Shown: piece after piece, positions 1 through 22,880 of the stretch
How the letters are laid out: each line of letters starts with the position of its first letter
How positions within the stretch are numbered: position 1 is the stretch's first letter
Origin: Piromyces finnis finn
Taxonomy: Eukaryota > Fungi > Neocallimastigomycota
DNA length: 64,000 bases
Direction of reading: 5' to 3'
Assembly: GCA_002104945.1 (NCBI GenBank)
Contig: MCFH01000010.1
Location: forward strand, 496,001 to 560,000
The notes under the pieces: model-generated
Seen by the model: only the letters and a program-made list of their open reading frames with translations
What the model was told of the DNA's origin: nothing
Database searches by the model: none
Made by a program: the position numbers and the translations under genes

Positions 1-564
1 TAATATAAATTTTTAAAAAAATGAAACTGATGAATATTAATAATATTGTGTTAAATTCTTTTTTTATTTTTATTTTTTATTCATTTATCCGATAAACTAA
101 AATAAACAAATGATAATATGATATACATTTTCTATAATTTAAATTAATAATTTAGAATGAAGGAAGAAAATGAAAAAAAAAAAAGAAAGAAAAGAAAAAT
201 AGAAAAAAAAAAGGTATTAGAAAATAGTAAAGTATGTATACTGATAATTTTTTAATTCTTCTTTCTATGTAAATTATATAAAAGATTTATATTTAAAATA
301 GAAAAAATTATGTTATATTATTAATTTTAATATGTAATGAAATATATATATATATAATGTATAAATTTTTAACTGATAAAATATAACTACATTTTTTTTT
401 GCTAAAATAAAAAAAAAAAAAATGAAATATGATGTGTTAATTAATTGTCTATTTCTATATAATTGTTAATAATATTTTTTTCTTTTATAAAAATAATTTA
501 TATCATTATCATTTATCATTTTTTTTAATTTTTTTCTTTTTTAAAAAAAAATCTAAATGAATAT

Positions 565-2495
565 TTATTGTCTTGGATGTAATAATAATACTGAGTGTTG
601 ACCTCCAGCTTCTGCCTTAATTACTTTTCTGCCCTTTAAATCAATAATTGTTGGTTTTTCTTCATCATTACCGCTGTTACCTAATTGTCCACATTCACCA
701 TATCCCCAAGCCATAAAATCACCATCCTTAGTAACACCTAAGGAAAAAGCTGAACCACAAGAAACACTAACTAAATTCTTTAATTCTGGAGCTAAAGTTG
801 GTGAATAATGTGGTTTATTATCACCAAGGCCAAGTTGATAGGAATCATTTCTTCCAAAGGCATAAGCATCACCTTTTTTTTTAATATTCAATTATATAAT
901 AATAACAATGTTTATATAAAATATTAATTATATACCATTAGTTATTTTAATATATACTTATTCCATAATATGAAAGAATAAAGAAAATAAAAATATTTAT
1001 AATATACTACATTTTTTTTAAACTTACCATTTTCTCCTAGTATAATAGTGTGATGTTCTCCAACACCGATATCTTTAATAACAAAACCTTCTGGTAATTC
1101 AACTTGTTCTGGTTGTTCACGAGAAATTTCATCTCCTAAACCACTATTAATTATAATATTTTTTTTTAAATTAAACATTCATTAATGTCTATTAAAATAT
1201 ATTCATATTTTTTAATCAATCAACAAATTATATGTTAAATTATGATATCGTACAGTTGACCATAGTTATTTAAACCAAAAGTAAAAACTTCATTATTATT
1301 AGTGACGGCAAATGTATGGTAACCTCCAGAATAAACTTTAACAAATTTCTTAGCTCTGGAGAAGTTAATAGCTCTTGGAATTAAAGATGATCCAACCTTA
1401 TGACGTTCCATAATCTTTCTACCTAATTCTCCATGTTCACCAACACCCCATGTATAAAGCTTACCATTAACGGTAATAGCAGCGATATGATTAGCACCAG
1501 CAGCAATTGAAATTACGTTCTTTATACCTTCAACTTTAACAAACTTTCTTTGTTCTTTAGATGCTGTATCAAAACCAAAAATACCATTATTTGCCTATCA
1601 TTTATTTGTATATCGATGAATTAAATTATATATAAAATATAATCATTATTTATTATTTTATTAGTTTAAGTATTTCTTTTACTTTCCTTTTAGTAATAAT
1701 ATTTTTAATTATCATCTAATACATACTCTGTATGTACCACAAGCATATACTAAACCCTTGTCACTTAAAACAGCTGTAATAGAGTCACCGGCTGCAACTT
1801 CAACAACATGGACTCCTTCTAAACCTTCGACTGGGAAAACTTCAGTTTCTTCATTACCTCTACTTAAACAACCTTGATCATTACAACCCCAAGAATAAAT
1901 TGTTTGAGCATCCTGGATTTATTTTTTTTAATTTATTATTAAAATAATTATTTTATTATTAAATAATCTTTTTTTTTATTCTTTTTCAATATTTTAATTA
2001 TATAAAAAATTCTTACATTATCGTTACTAATAGCGAAAGTACTCATACCACCAGCAATAATATCTGTTATTTTTTTTTCAGCTAAAACCTTAATTTTGGC
2101 AGGTCTTAATCTTTCGACTTCATCTGGACCTAAACCTAATTGACCACATTCACCAGAACCCCTTTATTAATAATGATATTATTTTATATTAATGATTTAT
2201 TTTTATTTTTACTTTTTTTAATATTTCTATTTTTTTTTATTATTTTATGAAATCAAAGTAAAACTTACATAACAAAAACTTCACCAGCATCCTTTAATTC
2301 TTTTGGTAAAGAATCTGCTAATTTTTGAACTATATTTTTGTTATGTTATATTTATTTTAATTACTATTATGCCTTTTTATTACTTTTATATATACATATC
2401 AATAATAGATAAATATATTTACATAAAAGGTCAGTTCCGGTTCTTTTTAAAGGTTGTTGTGGGATATCATCAGTAGCCTTACGTTTGTTAGTCAT
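565..2495 (-). CDS. RCC1: RCC1-family beta-propeller protein (Ran GEF; Prp20/Pim1-like), multi-exon
   Basis: Exons encode RCC1 repeats: GSGECGQLGLGPDEVERLRPAKI, AAGANHIAAITVNGKLYTWGVGEHGELGRK, AFGRNDSYQLGLGD, AWGYGECGQLG, AEAGGQHSVLL. N-terminus MTNKRKAT is NLS-like. GT-AG introns; stop at 565. Confidence 0.85.
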
Positions 2496-3217
2496 TTTTA
2501 TTTATTGCTATTATTATTATTATTATTATTAATATAAATCATTATAGATTTTATATTTAAAATAAAATTGATAAATAATAAACATTTAATGAGATTTTAT
2601 ATTAACATAATTTAAATAATTTTTATAAAGCGATTTTAAAATCTATCTTTTTTTTTTATTTCATATTTAACTCTTGAATGCTTTAAACACTAAAATTAAA
2701 ATGCTCAATAGTTTTTTAATATTAATAAAAACGTATTGCTTATAAAATTAATACTTGTTCATATTCTAAAATTATTTTATCATTTTTAATATTTAATATT
2801 GGCTAAGTTTGTAATATAATCTTATTTATTAAAATACTATCTTCATCTTTGCTTAAATCAAGGTTTAATTTATATATATTATTTCTTTTGTAATTTATAT
2901 TTTTGTTAATATCAACTTTAATAACATTTATTGAATTAATTAACATTTGATAGTGCTATTGCATATAAATAATTATAATATGTTTAAAGGAAGCTTTAAT
3001 ATATGAAATAATTTTCAATATGTCGAACATTTTTAATATATTATTATTCTTTCAAGAAATTTCTTTTAAAATAAATATGATAGTTACTTTTTTGGTATAT
3101 ATATATTTTTTAATTAATTATATAATAGAAATTGAATTTTGCAATATTTAAATGGTATAATTTAAAATATTTTTTTTTGTATATAAATTATAAAAAAAAA
3201 AAAAAGTAAATTAATAT

Positions 3218-3251
<34 letters not shown>

Positions 3252-3454
3252 CCTAAACTTTAATTAAATTTGGTTGGCTAATTTTTTTTATAATTCAATC
3301 ATAATACATAAAAAAAAACAAAACTTTAATTTCTTTGTTTATTAATAAATTAAAAAATTTCATTTCTTTAATTTTATTTTTTTTTTATATAAATTTTAAT
3401 TAGTAGTTATTAACAAAAATGTTAAAAAGTACTATTTATTAATATCAAAAATTT

Positions 3455-3790
3455 TTAACTTCCGAGTACATTTCTCCTATAAATCAGAGTAAGCCCCAAT
3501 GGTGGTTCTAAGAGAAATGTTGCCTCTTTCCTATTGCTAGGTGGTTGTGACCCTCCTGGTCCATCAGATTGTATCTTCATCTTCGACACACTTAGTCCAT
3601 GTACATTAGATGCATGTCGTTGTACGATATTTTCAATCACAATAATAAGCCTCATATAGTAAATTTGATCACGTGCCAAAATTTACACTTAAATTGATTA
3701 ATATTGCATGTAGCCTAAGATACCACTTTTAAAGTTAAACGTTGAAATGTACCATGTACACTTCAACCCTCTCAGGCCGGAATATCAAAA
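3455..3790. other. Unexplained GC-richer ~330 bp island (candidate structured ncRNA or SINE/LINE remnant)
   Basis: Markedly GC-richer than its flanks. Hairpins at 3741-3767 (12 bp on the minus strand with one G-U) and 3468-3476/3512-3520. No convincing ORF; followed by a (TAAA)n tract. Confidence 0.35.
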
Positions 3791-3839
3791 TAAAATCCTA
3801 CAATACGTCTATATCTTTTTTTTTAATCAAACTTTTCTA

Positions 3840-4025
<186 letters not shown>

Positions 4026-4334
4026 ATATAAATTATTGAGAGATGTTATTTATTTGAGTATATTGATTTTGATTATTTATTTAAAATTAAACTCTATAAA
4101 AAATTAAAATCAAAAATCAAACTAATAATAGTGAATTAACAATATCGTATTTTAGTATTGTTAAGGTATTAAAGAAAATCTTTCCTTTAACAGTTAATTA
4201 ATAAATCTTTATAAATAGATATATTAAGAAAATAATATAATAATGTCAATCATGTTAATAATAATATATAAATAAGATTAAATATTTAAATATATTTTTT
4301 AATAAATTAGTGCTTTTTATACTTTAAATTATAT

Positions 4335-7300
4335 TTATTGGTATATTTTCCCGTTACTATTATCACTTAACATTTGATTTAATTTGGATGTAATAAATTG
4401 TTGAATTTGTCCTTCATTATGTGATTTTAATAATATATCTTTGGAAGAATTTGATGTAAAATCACTTCCGTTGTATTTACTACTAATTGAATATGTTCGT
4501 GAATTAGAATATTTTTTATGACTATTATAATTTATTTTTTCTTTTTCTTTATTATAAATATTATTATTGTTAATATTACTTCGTATATTATGATGATAAT
4601 TATATTTATTATCATTATTAAATCGATGGGTATAATTATTAGAACCAACATAAGTATTTTCTTCTTTTTTATAAGTAATATCATTAAAATTAGTGGAGCT
4701 ATCAGAATGATCTTTAATAATATTGTTATTAAGAATTTTTATTCTACTTATATTTGATCTTATGTCATTATTATTATTGCTATAACAATTTTTTTTTCTT
4801 TTGTATATATTTATGTTTTTTATATTATCATCATTATAAACTGATTGAATGGTTTCAGTAATTTTATCGCATATATTAGTGGGATTTTCAATACCATCTG
4901 TTTTTTCATTTACATAATTGATTTTGTTTTTGTGTTGAATTTTATTATTTTCAATAGTACTATTTCCTTGAATTGATGAATTATTTTTATATGAATATAA
5001 AGAGTTATTGCTACTAATATTTTCACTATAATCACTTCTATTGGTATGAACGAATTGATGATAATATGGGTCTTTGATTAAGTTATATAAATCTTGCTTG
5101 CTATATTTATCAAGATAAGAGTTATCAATATTAGCTTGATTTGGACTATTATAAGGACTCCCATTACCATTATCCCCACTATTTTCATAATGTCGAGATT
5201 CGTAGATAATATTTGGTATATTTTTACTATTAATTTGCTCGTTACACTTGGATACATTAGATTTGTTATTAACTCGTAAATATGATAATGAATCATTTAG
5301 ATTTGATGACATTGGTGATAATGGTGCATGACATTTTAATGAACTTAATGAATTGCTCTTCATCAAACAGTATGAATTATTAGAACTTTCTTTTTCTTTA
5401 GTTTCCTTTTTTTCATTATTTGAATAGAGTATCCTTGACCTACTGGAAAAATTATTATTTGACATTAAATTATTAATTGATGATGATCTTTTGGACTGGA
5501 AATCTGAAGTTTTATCAAATGATTCTGAAATATTATTTGAATACTCAATAGAATATTCAGAAGAATCGTTTGATTCATTATATTCAATATTAGATGATCT
5601 TTCATTAAGTACATCATTACTACATATTGAAAATGTTATAGATTGTGTACTTGATTTACTTTTATTATAATGTGATGAAGATGTTGATAAAGATGAATTT
5701 ATTGTTGATGAATACGATTCAGTTTCATTTGAATATGAATATGTATCACTGATAGATGTTGATGAAGAAGAAGAAATGGAATATGACCTTTTCCGATTTC
5801 TATGTCTTTTTCTATATTTCGTAGTTTTAATTTTTTCTTTCTTTTTTACATTTTTAATTAACTTATATTTTTCCTTATTACTATTGCTTTTATTTTGTAA
5901 TATTTGATTTTTCTCTTTATTATTTTTTTTAATCTTACTTTCCCCCTTTTTTTTATTATTTTTCATTTTTTTATTATGATCTTCTTTTAGTGAAGATTTC
6001 TTTTTATTCTTATTTGTTTCATTAATTATTTTATCTTTATTTTCCATATTAATATCATCATCATTATTATTATTTACTATTTCCTTGCTACTATTTGGTT
6101 TCTTATCACAACAATTAGCATTTACGTAAATATTTTTATCGGTAATACTATTTAATACATCTTTACTATTTCTATTATTTATACTAGCATTACTTTTAAA
6201 TAATTTATTATTACTATTACTATTACTATTATTATTGCCATTATTTTTGTTCTTATTGTGATAATAATCAGGCATTTCACTACTATCATTTATATTTTTA
6301 ACTAATGGGAAATATGAATTAATATATTCTTGACTATTATTATTATTTAAGTGATCATTATTATCATAATAATTTTTACTGTATGGTAATTCATCAATGT
6401 TGGCATAATGATCCTTATTATTATTAATTAATTCAAATTGGTTATTAGGTATATTTTCTTTATTGGATTTATATTGATTATTATTTATATTATTATTATT
6501 AGTTTGATTTCTTGGATTTAGTTTTCTATTAGAATCAAATCTATTATTTGGATTGAATGTATTATCCGGATAAAATTTGTAATTAGAATTGGATTTATTG
6601 TTTGGATCAAATATGTAATTTGGATTGAAGTTATTCTTTGGATCATAAATACTATTTGGATTATAATATGGATTAAATTTATTATTTGGGTTATATATAT
6701 AATTTGGATCAAAGTTATGATATGGATTAAATTTGTAATTTTGATTATATGCATAATTTGGTTCAAATCGGGGATTGATATTATTTGGGTTAAATCTATT
6801 ATTTGGATAATAAAAATCTGATGAAAACATACTTATCGAATTATTATTATAATTATCATTGTTACATAGGCAATCTTTATTGTTTGGATCATAATTACAG
6901 TTTGAATCACTAGAATCAAAAATTATTCCTTTATTTCTTTGTTCAATGCTATTATCCATATCTATATCAATATTACTGTTGCTTGATAAAGAACTATCAA
7001 TTTTATTAAGAATTTTAGAATCACTATTTGACAAACCACTTAAATTTTCATTATTAAAGTCATCATCCGATAAGATTTCTTTGCTATCATCTACATTATT
7101 TGGATTATATTTTGTTTTGTTTTCATTTTTTTTCTTTTTTTTGTTTTCATTATTTTTGGACTTATTTAATTTATTTATTTTTGTATATTTTGGGTATATG
7201 TTATTATTGTTATCATCGTCGCTTTTTATATTTTTATCTTTATTTTCATTATCAATACTCCTTTTTTCATTGTATATACTATCATCAAAATTATTTGTTT

Positions 7301-8336
7301 CATTTTCTGATTGTTTTCCATAATTTTTGAAAAAGCCATTATCTTCACTCTCATCACTTGATAATGATATTATGGATAATTTTTCGTTAATTCTTGAAAT
7401 ACTTTCGTTCTTCATATCATCAAGATCATCATATTTATAAATATTAATTGGTATATACGGTAAATCACTGTAAATATCTTCTTCAGATGAAGATGAAGAA
7501 AATGAATATTCTGAATTGTAATATTCTTTTTCTATTTTTATAGGTCTTTTCTTCTTTTCAAATTTAGGTTTGCAATATCCTTTTATTTCAAGTACTATTT
7601 TTGTTTTTTTACACTGTATGTACCATTGCTGATTATACTCACCTGGTACTGGCGGTTTAAAAGTTAATAATAACTTTTCACTTTCAAAAGGTTCTACTGA
7701 ACCATTTAGTTTATTAAATGAAAAACAACTAAAAAGTTCATTAAAGCTATATTGATATTCATGATGTTCATCATTATTAGGATCATAATTTACTGTTCCA
7801 ATTGTACATTGAATTAATTTCCACAAAACTTTGCAGTCTACAGGATTTATTAATTTTACATTCATTATTTCTTTAGATCCTGGGTATACTTTATTATGGA
7901 ATTCAAGTGTAATTCGTGGATGGTGGATAGGCAATTTATAAAATTTAGATACTGGATCTACTTGTTTAAAGATCCTTGTTTCTGGAAGGATGATTTCAAC
8001 TATTTCTTTTATTTTATGCACTCTTCCATTGTTGCCTTCATTAGCGTTATCTAGCGATTGATTTGATGGAGTTTTCATTAATTCGGAATATGATGTTTGC
8101 CTTGAATTAGGAGGTTCATTATTTTGTAGTATTGTATTTATACTATTTCTTTTGGTAATATATTTTCTAGGATCATCATTATCATCTCTATTTTCAAAAT
8201 CATCATAATCCTTTAATGTATAATATTGATATTCATTTACGTCGTTGATTTCATTTATTGATACGTTTTTTTTAATATTTGTCAAACTTGAATTTGTTTT
8301 TTTTATGATTGATGAAAGAGTGTCTGATCTATTCAT
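4335..8336 (-). CDS. Intronless 1333-aa protein with an N-terminal Cep192/SPD-2-type ASH (Ig-like) domain and a long Asn/Ser-rich disordered tail
   Basis: Single ORF. About aa 140-255 (PGSKEIMNVKLINPVDCKVLWKL...FSFNKLNGSVEPFESEKLLLTFKPPVPGEYNQQWYIQC) resembles, from memory, a Cep192 ASH repeat (…GDYAQFWDVEC). The remainder is low complexity. Confidence 0.6.
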   Translation of the reverse strand: MNRSDTLSSIIKKTNSSLTNIKKNVSINEINDVNEYQYYTLKDYDDFENRDDNDDPRKYITKRNSINTILQNNEPPNSRQTSYSELMKTPSNQSLDNANEGNNGRVHKIKEIVEIILPETRIFKQVDPVSKFYKLPIHHPRITLEFHNKVYPGSKEIMNVKLINPVDCKVLWKLIQCTIGTVNYDPNNDEHHEYQYSFNELFSCFSFNKLNGSVEPFESEKLLLTFKPPVPGEYNQQWYIQCKKTKIVLEIKGYCKPKFEKKKRPIKIEKEYYNSEYSFSSSSSEEDIYSDLPYIPINIYKYDDLDDMKNESISRINEKLSIISLSSDESEDNGFFKNYGKQSENETNNFDDSIYNEKRSIDNENKDKNIKSDDDNNNNIYPKYTKINKLNKSKNNENKKKKKNENKTKYNPNNVDDSKEILSDDDFNNENLSGLSNSDSKILNKIDSSLSSNSNIDIDMDNSIEQRNKGIIFDSSDSNCNYDPNNKDCLCNNDNYNNNSISMFSSDFYYPNNRFNPNNINPRFEPNYAYNQNYKFNPYHNFDPNYIYNPNNKFNPYYNPNSIYDPKNNFNPNYIFDPNNKSNSNYKFYPDNTFNPNNRFDSNRKLNPRNQTNNNNINNNQYKSNKENIPNNQFELINNNKDHYANIDELPYSKNYYDNNDHLNNNNSQEYINSYFPLVKNINDSSEMPDYYHNKNKNNGNNNSNSNSNNKLFKSNASINNRNSKDVLNSITDKNIYVNANCCDKKPNSSKEIVNNNNDDDINMENKDKIINETNKNKKKSSLKEDHNKKMKNNKKKGESKIKKNNKEKNQILQNKSNSNKEKYKLIKNVKKKEKIKTTKYRKRHRNRKRSYSISSSSSTSISDTYSYSNETESYSSTINSSLSTSSSHYNKSKSSTQSITFSICSNDVLNERSSNIEYNESNDSSEYSIEYSNNISESFDKTSDFQSKRSSSINNLMSNNNFSSRSRILYSNNEKKETKEKESSNNSYCLMKSNSLSSLKCHAPLSPMSSNLNDSLSYLRVNNKSNVSKCNEQINSKNIPNIIYESRHYENSGDNGNGSPYNSPNQANIDNSYLDKYSKQDLYNLIKDPYYHQFVHTNRSDYSENISSNNSLYSYKNNSSIQGNSTIENNKIQHKNKINYVNEKTDGIENPTNICDKITETIQSVYNDDNIKNINIYKRKKNCYSNNNNDIRSNISRIKILNNNIIKDHSDSSTNFNDITYKKEENTYVGSNNYTHRFNNDNKYNYHHNIRSNINNNNIYNKEKEKINYNSHKKYSNSRTYSISSKYNGSDFTSNSSKDILLKSHNEGQIQQFITSKLNQMLSDNSNGKIYQ

Positions 8337-9081
8337 CTCTCAAAGTATATAGAATTTTTTATAATTATATTATTATTTTAATCAATTTTTAATTCTTATT
8401 TATAATTTATTATATTATATAAATTTTTGGTTGTTGTAATTTATACGTATGTTTAGAAATGGTTAAATGATTTTAAATAAATACTAAAAGATAGTTAATA
8501 TTAAAATTATATAATAATTTATATAATAGATTAATTAATCATAATGGAAAAATTATAAGATAATAAAATGATAGCGTACATTATAAGTAATTTTTAATTT
8601 TATAATAGAGTTTTTTTGTGTCTTTATTAAATTTTTGTAAGAAAGAATTAACAAGGCATTATATCATTGATTATAATATTTATATAGTCAAGATTACATA
8701 TTGATAAAATCTTTAAATATTTTTATTCTTATTCAAAACACAGATTAATTTGAATAATACAAATTTTAATAAAACTTTTTCTTTTAAATAATAACAATAA
8801 CAAAAGAGATGAAAAAGAAGATTAAAATTATAATTATAAATAATATAATTTAAAGGTTACATTATTTAAAATTAAAGTTTTTTAAGAAATTTATTATTGA
8901 ATTTGACAAAAAATTATAAACAAAATTCATTAATAATATTTAAAGTTCAACATTTTTTTCTTTTTAAATTGAATTTTTATTAAATATTATTTTTTATTAT
9001 AAATTATTGTAGTATTTATAATTTATTTAATTTTTTTTTTTTTTTTTTTTTTATCTAATTTTGTAACATTAATCGTGAAAA

Positions 9082-14736
<5,655 letters not shown>

Positions 14737-14923
14737 AAAATAGACAAAATTTTATGTGTTAAATTTATATTTGCTAATATATCTATTAAGAAGATATTAT
14801 TTATATGAATTATTAATTTATTATTAATATGACAATATAAAGAAAGGTTTATTAAAATAATAAAAAGTTACTATATACATTTATTTATATTATGTATAAA
14901 TTTAATTGTTTCATATCTGTTGT

Positions 14924-16783
14924 TTATATCATATCTAATAATTTATCAATATCATCATCTGTAGAACTATCATCATTTTTTATTTTGTTATCTTTGTTAT
15001 TTTTTTGGTTTTTGGTTTTACTTGGCGTATCTAAACTAATCAAACCAACAGAATTATTTAATGTTGGTAATTTATTGCTTCCTGTATAGGTTCTAACTTC
15101 GATGTTCGGTATGAGGTTTAAAACACTAATATCACTATCACTATCACTGTTATTTTCTTTTTTTATCATATTATTATTTTCATTATTATTACTACTACTA
15201 TTATTAGTCACAGTATCATCATCATCTTCATTATTATTTAATTTTTTATTATTGTTTTTAAATTTATCTATATCATTATTACTATCTATATTAAATTCAT
15301 TAACAACTTTTTCATTGGATTTACTATCAATATTCACACCTTTTTTTAGTGATTTTTTATTATTTAATAATCTATCTTTTTCATATTCATATTCATTTTC
15401 TTCTTCTGACATATGATTTGTTCTTTTTCTTTTTCTTGAATTATCACTATTATTTATTTCATTATTATTTCCAAACACTTTTTCACTTTTAAGAGTATTA
15501 TAATATCATAATATAATATCATAATTAGATATTAAGAAAATAATTAAATATAATGAGAATTTTGTATAAAAAATTAAAAAATTTCAATATTACTTTGAAT
15601 TATTAAGCTGATTTTCATTTAATCTTTTATATTCATTGATTATTTCTTCTAAATATTAAATATTAGGTAAGTATTATTCATTATTTTTTTTAATAAATTT
15701 ATTTTTACATAATGTATTTACGCACCCTTTCTTTTTAATGTTGTCATTAGATTTTTTATTTTTCTCTTCTTCTCATTTAATAATTCTCTAAACTATATTA
15801 ATTTCATTAATTTATTATTATTATTATTATTATTATTAAATATATTTATTTTTATTATTAAACATAATTAACCTTTAATAAATAAACTTCTTCTATTTTT
15901 TTTTTATCTTTAATAATTTCTTCCATTTGTTCTGAAAATTCTTTTTGTACTTTTTGTAAGGAAGCATTAGCAGTTGAAAGAAGTGAATTTTCATCCTTTA
16001 TAATTAAAAATAATAATAAATAATATATTAAAAAATAAAATGTTATTCTTATTTTATTATTCTTTTTTAATTAACAATCATATCGAGTGTAATAATTACT
16101 TTTAATTTCTGATATTCATTTATCGTATCATCATATATTAATTGATAAATCTTTTTTTTATTTTCTTTTTTAATTGGCAACAAATCTATATTTCCAAGAT
16201 GATATTGAAATTTATTTTGACTATTATTGTTTGAATTTGAAATTTCAAGTTTTATAGAAAACTTGTATATAAATGAACAATAGATTAATTATAAAAAATT
16301 TAGTTATTTTTTCATTTATTTTATTTCTATTTGTTTCTTACATTTGAAATATCATCTTTTAAATTCCAGTTATATAAAAACTTTTCTTTCTTATCTTGAA
16401 TAGTATAAGATAATGCCTTTTTCATTAGCTCATAATAATCCTTTTCCTTTATATTTTTAACATATGATAAAATATCCTTAACTTTAACTATGTTTATTAT
16501 AAAACAAAATCATGTTTTATGTTTTAATAATAGCTTTTGTAACTTTAAAAATTCAATAATAATTTCTTATTTTATATAAAAAAAAATTACTAGTTTGATT
16601 CCATAGTCGTTCACCATCTGATATAATTATTTCAAATACTTCTGAATTATTATTAAAATTTTTGTTTTCAATGTTATCTATATTTAATTTCCAATAAGTC
16701 CATATATATATTTTATTATTATTCAATTCATCATTTTCAAGTTTAAAGAAATGATATTTATTATTTTTTATTGAACTGCTCAT
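14924..16783 (-). CDS. XRCC4: XRCC4/Lif1-like NHEJ factor, multi-exon
   Basis: Head motif FEIIISDGERLWN (cf. FVITLTDGHSAW). Ligase IV-binding motif FRELLNEKKRKIKNL (cf. FILVLNEKKTKIRSL) at ~15730-15790. NLS RKRKR; CK2/FHA-type STDDD; acidic-hydrophobic C-terminus DIDKLLDMI. Confidence 0.8.
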
Positions 16784-16965
16784 ATAAAAATTATTTTTAA
16801 AATGGTATTATACAATTAAAAATTAAGTAAATTTGTTTAAGATTAATAAATAATTAAAATTAAATGAAATTTTGTTTATGAACTTTAATTTTTATTAATT
16901 TTTATATTACTATTTTTAATTTTAAAACTTATTTTATTATATTTTATAATTGAAAATAGAAATGT

Positions 16966-16977
16966 GATTGGTTGGCT
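16966..16977 (-). promoter_or_regulatory. CCAAT-box-like element in the 287-bp divergent XRCC4/PEX6 promoter
   Basis: GATTGGTTGGCT (reverse complement AGCCAACCAATC) between the two head-to-head ATGs at 16783 and 17070. Confidence 0.4.
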
Positions 16978-17069
16978 CATTTATTATTATTTTAAAATAT
17001 CAAGAAAAAAAAAAAAGATAATACAATTAAAAATAATTTACTTCCACTTGGTTAGGATATATTCTTTAA

Positions 17070-21865
<4,796 letters not shown>

Positions 21866-22560
21866 TAAGCATGAAAATTTTTTAATTAAAAATTTAACAT
21901 TATCTAAGTAGTTTATAAAAAAAAGAATAATCTAATAATATATTGGACTAATAACAACAAAAAAATTGTAATCAAAACAAGCAAAAAAAAAAGTAAAAAA
22001 GAAAGAAAAAAGAAAATAAAAAAAAATTATCTATCATAAATATTGTTTGTAATTATTTAATTGCTGTAAAAAATAATAGAAAACATAACAAAACTTTAAT
22101 AGTATTTAAAAAGTATTGTTAATTCTTAAATACATAAAGAAATAAATCAAAATAAAATAAATAAATTAGTATAATAAAGAATAAAATGACTAAAATTTTT
22201 ATAATTATAGTTTTTTTCCTTTTTTTTTTAAAAAAAAATGGCGGTAAAATATAGGAATGAAAAACTAACAGTATCATTTAATCTATATAATAAGCCATCT
22301 TTTTTATTTAAATTTATCAATTTATTGTGGTATTGTGGTAGATAGAATATTTTTTTTAGAATAATAAAAGGAAGTTAAATAGCAAGAATGATGAAGGTAT
22401 TATAAATACTTAAGTATAACATTTCTTTTTATCTTTCATTACCTTATTCTAATTATTATTGTTGTTGTTATATTATATTACTGTTATTAAATTCTTGTAA
22501 TTTATATAATAAATTTTCCTTTACTTTTTTTTATATGAATTATAATTATTTATTCATTTC

Positions 22561-22750
22561 CAGCCAATAAGCATTTTAAAAAAGAATATCAAAAATCAAA
22601 ATTATTTTCTAATTATATAGGCTGATTGTATTACTAATAAAAAAAATATAAATAAATAAGTATATTTAATATATTTATAATAATATTATTTAATTTATAT
22701 CAAAATATATTTATGGATTATTTGTTAACAAAAATCAATCAGCCAATAAG
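22561..22750 (+). promoter_or_regulatory. Two identical CCAAT boxes (CAGCCAATAAG) upstream of PDX2
   Basis: The same 11-mer occurs at 22561-22571 and 22740-22750, 130-320 bp upstream of the ATG; it fits an NF-Y/Hap consensus. Confidence 0.5.
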
Positions 22751-22880
22751 AAGTAAACTCTTTAAAGATATTTTTTTTATTTAAGAAATCCAAGATTCCT
22801 TAATTTCAAATACTATACCATATTATTCTAAAAAGTTATTTATTTAATTTTTACAAAACTTTTCAGTAATTTATAACAAA

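Noticed and set aside
3488-3506. Definitive RNase MRP call
   Set aside because: Only CR-IV/CR-V-like motifs are present; the CR-I/P4 partner cannot be found, so it is kept only as a hypothesis.
3766-3780. 15-nt match to bacterial 16S rRNA (CCGGCCTGAGAGGGT, minus strand)
   Set aside because: The flanks do not continue into 16S sequence; likely chance.
4518-7330. Short ORFs antisense or out of frame to the 1333-aa gene, and similar ones over CCDC39, XRCC4, PEX6, the PH gene and the gag-pol genes
   Set aside because: Shadow ORFs of real coding sequence with biased composition; no independent motifs.
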